Source of the DNA: Patescibacteria group bacterium
GTDB taxonomy: Bacteria > Patescibacteriota > Patescibacteriia > 2-02-FULL-49-11
NCBI GenBank assembly: GCA_041645165.1
Contig: JBAZQN010000003.1
Coordinates: forward strand, 28,198-92,197
DNA length: 64,000 nucleotides
Reading direction: 5' to 3'
A program made the translations under genes and the position numbers. This document shows, in pieces, positions 58,049 through 64,000 of this stretch; positions within the stretch are counted from its first letter, which is position 1, and each line of letters opens with the position of its first letter. The notes beneath the pieces are model-generated. The model was not told where the DNA came from and ran no database searches. It worked only from the letters and a program-made list of their open reading frames with translations.

Positions 58049-60484
58049 TTACTCCTTCGGTTTAAGTTTCGCAAGATGCTTTTGGAGTATCGCCTGCATG
58101 GCTTCAGGGAATTCGTTCACGCTCTTCGGAATAATGCTGTCTTTACCGAAATGGTACTGCACCATCCCCGCCACCTCTGGTTCAGGCGTGATCGCCGTCC
58201 CTTCGAGAGGAGTAAACTTACGCGCTTCATCGGCCGCTTGCTTAGTCGACGCTTCCTGCGTGGTGCTATCGGTAATAAATATCATCAAAGATCCAATCCG
58301 ATCGACTTCTGCGCGTTTTCTCTGCAATATCTTCTTTAATCGCGGCACCGCCACTTCTATAGCCTCAGCATCCCGATTATCCCCGCCGAATCCTGACTTT
58401 TGACTATCCAACATCATGACGATGCGTGACTTGACCCTCCCATCGTATGGCTCATTGGCTGCCTTGATAATATACCTTTCATCGTGAGTTAAATTCTTAT
58501 CGTCGCTCGCCAGGATCTCAATATAGACATTATAGTCTTTTGCCGCTTCGCATGTTGCAATGCATGACTTAACCGCGTTCACGATGCGTTGTTGATCATT
58601 ACTATACATCGATCCGCTCACGTCAACAAGAATTTGCAACACCATTGCCGTTTCCTCAGGCGTTTCCCGGCGCCCCATGGGTTTCTCGGTGCCGGTGCCG
58701 ATGCGCTGAACGTACCGTCTCACGTCAAAACGGATTCCTCTTCTGCTCCATTCGTATTCCAGTTCATCCACCTTTGGGACAAATCTTTTAAAGATTCGCT
58801 TGAGTCTCTGGGTCGCGGAATTTACTTCGAGCCGGAGTTCATTGTATTTTTCGCGCAGGACGGGATCGTTAAAGTTATCTCTGCTTTTTTGTAACTCATG
58901 TTTTTCTTGCTCCCGCTCCGCTTGTGTTTCTTTATTTTGCTCTGCACGCTCTTTTGCTTCTCTAGCCCTCTGCTCCAGCCGCTGGTTATGCTGTTCAATC
59001 ATCTTCTTCAGAATCTTTTGGAAATGTATAGGCCAGGAAGATGGATCGTGAGGGTCGAGATTGGGATCTTCTTCGGGCTTGGTGCCGCCTTCGGAAGGTT
59101 GGCCTCTCTTGCCTTGTTGCTGTTGCTTACCGCCTTTCGCTTGACCTTGCTCTGATGGTTTACCTTCCTGCTCTCCACTCTCATCTTGATCTCTCCGATC
59201 TTGTTCACCTTCTCCGCCAGTCTTACTTGTATCATCTTTGCTACCTTGAGCACTAGCACCATCTTTCTCATCGGGAAATCCATTCCCATCTTTCGATTCA
59301 TCAGCACTTTGTGATCCTTCTTTCGATTCATCGCCTCCATCTTGTGCAGTATCTTTTTCATCACCACTATCTTTGCCGCTTCCTTGATCGTCTTTACCAT
59401 CATCTTTTTTACCATCGCTTCGATCTGCTTCCTCATCTTCTCCATTAGCTTCTTTACCACTTTGCTTACTCCGTTGATCCACGCCTTCCGTACTCTGAGA
59501 TTGATCCTCTCCCGGCTCGCCGTCCTCTCCTTCACCATCGCCTCCTCCTGACCCTTGTTGTTTCTGCTCTCTACTCTTATCAGGAAATTCATCAATGAGC
59601 CTTTTGAGCGCAGGCCAAATATGCTCAACAATGAGCTTCTCTATCTCGGGGTTTACCTTCATCGCTGGTTTTACTGCGTCACCAGTAATTTGAGCGACAA
59701 TTTGTTCAATTTTTAGATACTCCTCCCTTACCCGCGGATGGAGGTCGTCTAGACCCCACGGCTTCTCGACTCCTTTTACTTCTTTTTCATGCAACGCCCA
59801 AAGTCGCTCTAGCTTGATCATGAATTTGAACTGATCGGTGGGAGACATCTTCGCCACTCCACCCGCTTCTCCGTCAATGTTTTCCATCTCTTTACCGTGT
59901 ATCCCTTCAACGATATCGGGGATGATCATCTTGCTATTTTTTTCAAATAACTGCAAACGAGCATTCTCATGAAGAGGTCCCCCAACGAGGCGCTCCATGC
60001 GAGGATCTTCAAGACAATTGTTTAGTTCGAGAATCTCCTGCGGATCGTACCCTTCCTGCCGCGCGAGCGACTCGAATCGTTTCAAGCGGCCGTAGTCAGT
60101 CCATTCCGTATGACCTTTTTCATGGCGAATCTCTCCCAATAAAAAGTTAAGGGGAGCATCGCCGGCGATGAATCCAAACGGCGCGCCAATGATGTATTGC
60201 TTGCGTACCGGATCGTCGACGATCTCGCCTTCCAAGGTCACTCTCTTGGCAGGTACTTGAGCGCAGAAAAAGGTGTCGAGTTCGGGATCGGTGTAAATCT
60301 CGATTGCACGGTCTGGCGACTGGGAAGCGTGCTCAAGCGTGGCGAGGACATACGCCATGCGTTCAGGATTCGGCCGCGCGGCATTCTCTTGAAGCCGCTG
60401 CATGAAAGCTTGGTAACCCTCAATCATCGGGTGCTTCCCTGTCTCTGCGGGTTTATAAAAATCAAAATCTTCGTGCTTAATCAT
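58049..60484 (-). CDS. HExxH metallopeptidase-like / acidic low-complexity / C-terminal VWA-domain protein (CobT/DUF2201-like architecture)
   Basis: IRHEKGHTEWTDY HExxH; ~150-aa D/E/G/K/S-rich spacer; C-terminal VLQILVDVSGSMYS MIDAS-like DxSGS motif. Confidence 0.55.
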   Translation of the reverse strand: MIKHEDFDFYKPAETGKHPMIEGYQAFMQRLQENAARPNPERMAYVLATLEHASQSPDRAIEIYTDPELDTFFCAQVPAKRVTLEGEIVDDPVRKQYIIGAPFGFIAGDAPLNFLLGEIRHEKGHTEWTDYGRLKRFESLARQEGYDPQEILELNNCLEDPRMERLVGGPLHENARLQLFEKNSKMIIPDIVEGIHGKEMENIDGEAGGVAKMSPTDQFKFMIKLERLWALHEKEVKGVEKPWGLDDLHPRVREEYLKIEQIVAQITGDAVKPAMKVNPEIEKLIVEHIWPALKRLIDEFPDKSREQKQQGSGGGDGEGEDGEPGEDQSQSTEGVDQRSKQSGKEANGEDEEADRSDGKKDDGKDDQGSGKDSGDEKDTAQDGGDESKEGSQSADESKDGNGFPDEKDGASAQGSKDDTSKTGGEGEQDRRDQDESGEQEGKPSEQGQAKGGKQQQQGKRGQPSEGGTKPEEDPNLDPHDPSSWPIHFQKILKKMIEQHNQRLEQRAREAKERAEQNKETQAEREQEKHELQKSRDNFNDPVLREKYNELRLEVNSATQRLKRIFKRFVPKVDELEYEWSRRGIRFDVRRYVQRIGTGTEKPMGRRETPEETAMVLQILVDVSGSMYSNDQQRIVNAVKSCIATCEAAKDYNVYIEILASDDKNLTHDERYIIKAANEPYDGRVKSRIVMMLDSQKSGFGGDNRDAEAIEVAVPRLKKILQRKRAEVDRIGSLMIFITDSTTQEASTKQAADEARKFTPLEGTAITPEPEVAGMVQYHFGKDSIIPKSVNEFPEAMQAILQKHLAKLKPKE

Positions 60485-60486
60485 AC

Positions 60487-61467
60487 TTAATCATTACGAT
60501 GTTTTTGCCTCCACTGCGGTTTATATTGATCAATGATCAGATCGACAGATTGTGGAACATCTAACCTAAAAGTAAATTGTGCCAAGATTTTCGCTGTCTC
60601 CATGTCAACCGCTTGAAGGCCGTTAAGCATTATCTTGTTTTCATGTTTGACCAACTCTTTCGCTATATCAGAATCAAGAGCGGTCAAACCATTCAATTCA
60701 AGTGGGCCTCGAACCCTCGCAAGCGCCTTTGCAGTAGCAACTGAAAGCGTAGTAAGATTATTCAATTTGAGCCAATCAGTAGTATAGGCAGGTGACGGAT
60801 AGCTTGGAGGGACGAAAAGGCAATCCGCTACTTCCGACGATATTTCTTTTATGCCTAAAGTCTTAGATGGAATCTTCGCTAAACATGTTGCAACCTTAGG
60901 AGTAAGCGACTTCATTCCATTCAAGGAAATGGAGACGCTACTCTTACCTAATATTTCTGCTATTTCGACTGGAAGATTGTTTAATCCATCCAATTCTATA
61001 CGGAGACGGCGAACAGATGATAATTCCTGAGCCGTTTTATACGATATCGACTTAAGGCTGTTTAACCACACCGTAATGCCTTCAATGGGGCTGTTTGCTT
61101 GTTTGATTAAAATGATTCGTCTCAGGATATTAGGAGGACAAAATGTTAATCTGTAGGTATTATCAACGTTGCCGTCTTCAATCTCGTGCCAAATCTTAAC
61201 ATCTTCCTCGATCAAAGACGAGAGATTATCTATTAAACACTCCTCGCCTTCAACATCAATGGTGAGTCCATTGATTGATTCCTCAAGATTATGAACTTGC
61301 CCCACGGTAACCGGCCTGTCATTCTCAACAGTGGCCACGAGTTCTTTTGCGTGATTCACTACATCGTCCAATTCCGGTGTTCTCGCAATTTCCAGATTCA
61401 AGTATACCGATTGCTCACTTTCACGATCCAGCTTTACTTCAAACATGTTTTCACTTTTCTCAGACAT
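60487..61467 (-). CDS. RI-type leucine-rich-repeat protein (paralog 1)
   Basis: Repeats IELDGLNNLPVEIAEILGK / LELNGLTALDSDIAKELVKH / IMLNGLQAVDMETAKILAQF resemble ribonuclease-inhibitor-type LRR (LxLxxNxLxxxgAxxLaxaL). Confidence 0.55.
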   Translation of the reverse strand: MSEKSENMFEVKLDRESEQSVYLNLEIARTPELDDVVNHAKELVATVENDRPVTVGQVHNLEESINGLTIDVEGEECLIDNLSSLIEEDVKIWHEIEDGNVDNTYRLTFCPPNILRRIILIKQANSPIEGITVWLNSLKSISYKTAQELSSVRRLRIELDGLNNLPVEIAEILGKSSVSISLNGMKSLTPKVATCLAKIPSKTLGIKEISSEVADCLFVPPSYPSPAYTTDWLKLNNLTTLSVATAKALARVRGPLELNGLTALDSDIAKELVKHENKIMLNGLQAVDMETAKILAQFTFRLDVPQSVDLIIDQYKPQWRQKHRND

Positions 61468-61486
61468 AATGGAGTTGAATGCATGT

Positions 61487-62569
61487 TTACGATTTTCCGA
61501 CTGCTGCCTTCTCGGATTTTTCTTTATACGCACAAATCCTTCTATCTACATCCACTGAGAATCCATATTTTTGTACCTTCTCCCACGGAGCGCTTGCCAA
61601 AATCGGTATCGCTTCGGGAGATACTTTCACGCAAATCAAGTCAAAAACACCAGGATTATCGAATGATATCAATTCCTTTGCCGCTGCGGGAGAAAGCTCA
61701 AAATCAAGATTGCTAAAATTTATAGATCGATCTGCCAACTTCCATTTTCCTTTGAATGCCCGTATAACCTCTGGGGTAGGTTCGAGTTGCTCAAAATAAT
61801 ATTTCCCATGATTTTTCGCCAACTCCTCAAGCGCCCCCGATTCAAAAGACTGCAGACCATGTAATGAAAATTTGTCATGCGAAGAAGCCCCTCTTCGCCC
61901 AAAAGCTTCTGCAGCCTCGACCGTAATTGATGTAATGCCATGTAAATCTATTTCACTGCCATACCTGGTCGTTAACAACGCACGCGCTATCTCTGGTGAT
62001 AATTCAGAAAGCCCATTCAATTCGACCTGGCGGCCAGTTTGACTGAGCGCCTGCGCAGTCTCTGGAGAAACATGATGGATATTGTTAAAATTAAGCCTTA
62101 CTCCATGAGCGTCAGCTAATGCTTTTGCTGTCCCTGATGAGAGCCATCGTAAGCTCTTGAAATTCCATGTTTTAATATCGTCAAAATGGTGTTCCTTAGT
62201 ATACTCAGCCAATATCCGCGCATACCTCTCGGGCAACATGGTGAGCGCTTGTATTGATTCGCGGTTAAGCACACGACCGTAATTCTTCGAAAAATCCTCC
62301 ATGGCTTCCCAAATCGGATGATTTCTCTCAATTTCGTCCTTTAGATCAGCAATCGGCACTCCTTCGATAGTTAGCTGTCCGATGGAATCATTGAGAGTCT
62401 GGAATTCGCCAGCAGCTATTGGCTGATCCTTCAACATTACTTCCTTCAAGGTCGTCAAATTTTTTAGTACTGAACCCAATGCAACATCGGGGGCAATTTC
62501 CAAGGAAGTGACTGATTTGGTCTCATGCATCTCCACTGCATCGTACACTTGTTCATTTAGCTCCGACAT
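61487..62569 (-). CDS. RI-type leucine-rich-repeat protein (paralog 2)
   Basis: VELNGLSELSPEIARALLTT / IDLHGITSITVEAAEAFG / FSLHGLQSFESGALEELAKN repeats. Confidence 0.55.
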   Translation of the reverse strand: MSELNEQVYDAVEMHETKSVTSLEIAPDVALGSVLKNLTTLKEVMLKDQPIAAGEFQTLNDSIGQLTIEGVPIADLKDEIERNHPIWEAMEDFSKNYGRVLNRESIQALTMLPERYARILAEYTKEHHFDDIKTWNFKSLRWLSSGTAKALADAHGVRLNFNNIHHVSPETAQALSQTGRQVELNGLSELSPEIARALLTTRYGSEIDLHGITSITVEAAEAFGRRGASSHDKFSLHGLQSFESGALEELAKNHGKYYFEQLEPTPEVIRAFKGKWKLADRSINFSNLDFELSPAAAKELISFDNPGVFDLICVKVSPEAIPILASAPWEKVQKYGFSVDVDRRICAYKEKSEKAAVGKS

Positions 62570-62738
62570 AGTACAAGAACTTAATTTATTGTGCCTCCCC
62601 CGACACCGCCTCAACTTTCGCTTCGTTGAATGAGCTTGACCGAAGAAGAGAATCCTCACGCTCGTGAGGATGCACTTCCTGATGTGATATTTCGTTCACT
62701 TCTAGCATAATTTATTCGCTCGAAACTTTGTCTCATCC

Positions 62739-63554
62739 CTAGCCAAAGTGACAAAAGCGCTGGTGTTCCGGAACGCTTGTTAAAATTTGTTTCACCTCAT
62801 CGTTGAGCTGCGAGAATAATGTTTCTGGAAAATAGACCCCTCCATGCCGATCATGAGGTTGTGATACGAACTCCATCGCCGCTTCCGCAGAGATATCAGT
62901 CACCCCGAAGAGTCTCACGCCAGTCGTGCTTTTCGTGAGTGCTCTTGCCAACTCAGGTGAAATACTTGTCAAACCATTCAGAAAAATTACTCCCCTGTTG
63001 CGCTTGACCAGGATTTCTACGACTTCAGGCTTTATTGAAGTGATGCTGTCGAGTTTAATGGCGCCTTCATGAAAGTGAAAAGCAGACGCTGCTCCCTCAT
63101 CCAAAGAAGTAAGGCCGGACAGATCAATGTCCTCGCTATACATACCATGATTATCGTTGAGGTAGAAAACTGTACTACGGTCAATAAAAGTCAACTTTTT
63201 CGAGAGTTTATCAACTTCAAATCCACCCGATCTTAACGCTCCGTCCTGTTTAATCTTTTGTTTGAACATTTGCAACGTCTGGACAGTATCCTTGAACCCC
63301 TTAATCTTTAGCAATTCACTAAAGGTCGCTCCCTGCCCGTCTCCTCTATCCAAGAGTAGTAAAGATACCAGATGCTCTAGCCTTGCCATTTGTCCTTCCG
63401 TCACGGCCTGATTAGTATCTACTCGCGCGGCTAAACCTTGAATATGAGAAAGTGCCTCCTGGAAATGGGGCGTCTGCATTATTTCCACCCGCGCCAGCTC
63501 TTCGGTCTCACGTTCATGAGGACTCGATTCTTCTATTGTGTTCAAGTGCTCCAT
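62739..63554 (-). CDS. RI-type leucine-rich-repeat protein (paralog 3)
   Basis: IDLSGLTSLDEGAASAFHF / IFLNGLTSISPELARALTKS / VRLFGVTDISAEAAMEFV repeats. Confidence 0.55.
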   Translation of the reverse strand: MEHLNTIEESSPHERETEELARVEIMQTPHFQEALSHIQGLAARVDTNQAVTEGQMARLEHLVSLLLLDRGDGQGATFSELLKIKGFKDTVQTLQMFKQKIKQDGALRSGGFEVDKLSKKLTFIDRSTVFYLNDNHGMYSEDIDLSGLTSLDEGAASAFHFHEGAIKLDSITSIKPEVVEILVKRNRGVIFLNGLTSISPELARALTKSTTGVRLFGVTDISAEAAMEFVSQPHDRHGGVYFPETLFSQLNDEVKQILTSVPEHQRFCHFG

Positions 63555-63576
63555 AAAATTTAGAGAAGGGGAACAC

Positions 63577-64000
63577 TTACTTAGACGGTGCTACAAGCGT
63601 ATCGTCAATGAGTTGTTCAAGAGATATGAGTACCGTATCGAGTCCTTCGATCGGATTTTTTCGGTAATCATCCATCACTCGCAGCCATGCGATGCGCACA
63701 TCCCGGGTTTTCCTATACTCACGTACCACCGCAATCGTGTCGCGCCGGCTGACGCCGATGAGATCGAATCGCTGGCGTTTCTCATAACCCTTCCGCCAGC
63801 TGTCCGCAATGCGCAGAATATCCCGCAGATCGATCAATATTTTTTTGATATGTTCAGCGGAGGGAGGCGTTTCAATGAGCTTCTTTAATTTAGGATTCGT
63901 TTCGATCTCGGTGATTCTCGACCCTTGAGTATCTTCATTCACGAAATAGTCCCACAGGAGGGCAAATTCCTGATCGTTAATGCCGGTGAATTCATTCAGT
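63577..64000 (-). CDS. hypothetical protein, N-terminus beyond window
   Basis: Reading frame stays open to the window edge (…LNEFTGINDQEFALLWDYFVNEDTQGS…). Confidence 0.4.
   Translation of the reverse strand, partial: LNEFTGINDQEFALLWDYFVNEDTQGSRITEIETNPKLKKLIETPPSAEHIKKILIDLRDILRIADSWRKGYEKRQRFDLIGVSRRDTIAVVREYRKTRDVRIAWLRVMDDYRKNPIEGLDTVLISLEQLIDDTLVAPSK

Noticed and set aside
59008-59631. 207-aa Lys-rich ORF inside the VWA-protein gene
   Set aside because: It is an alternative frame through the polyacidic region of the real gene, and its composition mirrors the GA-rich codons.

Overview
The window is a 64-kb bacterial chromosomal segment, about 50% GC, with almost every gene on the minus strand. 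There are five main blocks.

**1. Aromatic amino-acid supraoperon (195-16415).** trpE-trpG-trpD-trpC-trpF-trpB-trpA is followed by a vapBC toxin-antitoxin pair, a hypothetical gene, DAHP synthase, pheA, chorismate mutase, aroB, aroQ, aroA, aroK and aroE. Upstream of trpE lies an E. coli-style trp attenuator: a 21-codon leader peptide with tandem Trp codons plus alternative hairpins and a terminator. The block is peppered with two families of short TIR-bounded palindromic repeats, resembling the Rickettsia palindromic elements (RPE). One copy is inserted in-frame inside the pheA linker, and another supplies the last codons and stop codon of trpB.

**2. Mixed accessory block (16.6-29.3 kb).** It holds an unknown 369-aa protein, msrA, a frameshifted msrB, an XRE regulator with a membrane partner, a eukaryote-type glutamine synthetase II, zupT, an arsR-thioredoxin-permease operon, a large membrane protein and three GH130 glycoside-phosphorylase domains.

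**3. An 18.5-kb island (29657-48258).** It is bounded by 54-bp direct repeats, the right one abutting tRNA-Asn(GTT), and no integrase is present. The island carries RecQ, a translin-like protein and a NYN nuclease. It also carries two adjacent unknown proteins: one with a L,D-transpeptidase-like C-terminal motif, the other a membrane-anchored tandem thioredoxin-like protein. A pRiA4b-ORF3-like protein follows. Next comes a Type III restriction-modification (R-M) operon with an AlbA_2/ATPase gene inserted between mod and res and translationally coupled to mod. The island ends with a duplicated module of a 4-TM membrane protein plus a secreted lipase-like protein.

**4. Housekeeping block.** dnaG-rpoD, guaA, adenosine deaminase, and a guaB that lacks the CBS subdomain and contains a heptanucleotide tandem repeat. 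A glycosyltransferase (GT1) cassette flanked by 45-bp direct repeats of the guaA 5' end is inserted at the guaA start.

**5. Right end.** An HExxH/acidic/VWA protein and three tandem RI-type leucine-rich-repeat (LRR) paralogs.

No rRNA, CRISPR array, transposase or integrase was seen. All functional calls rest on recalled motifs and family resemblance read from the translations; no database search was run.
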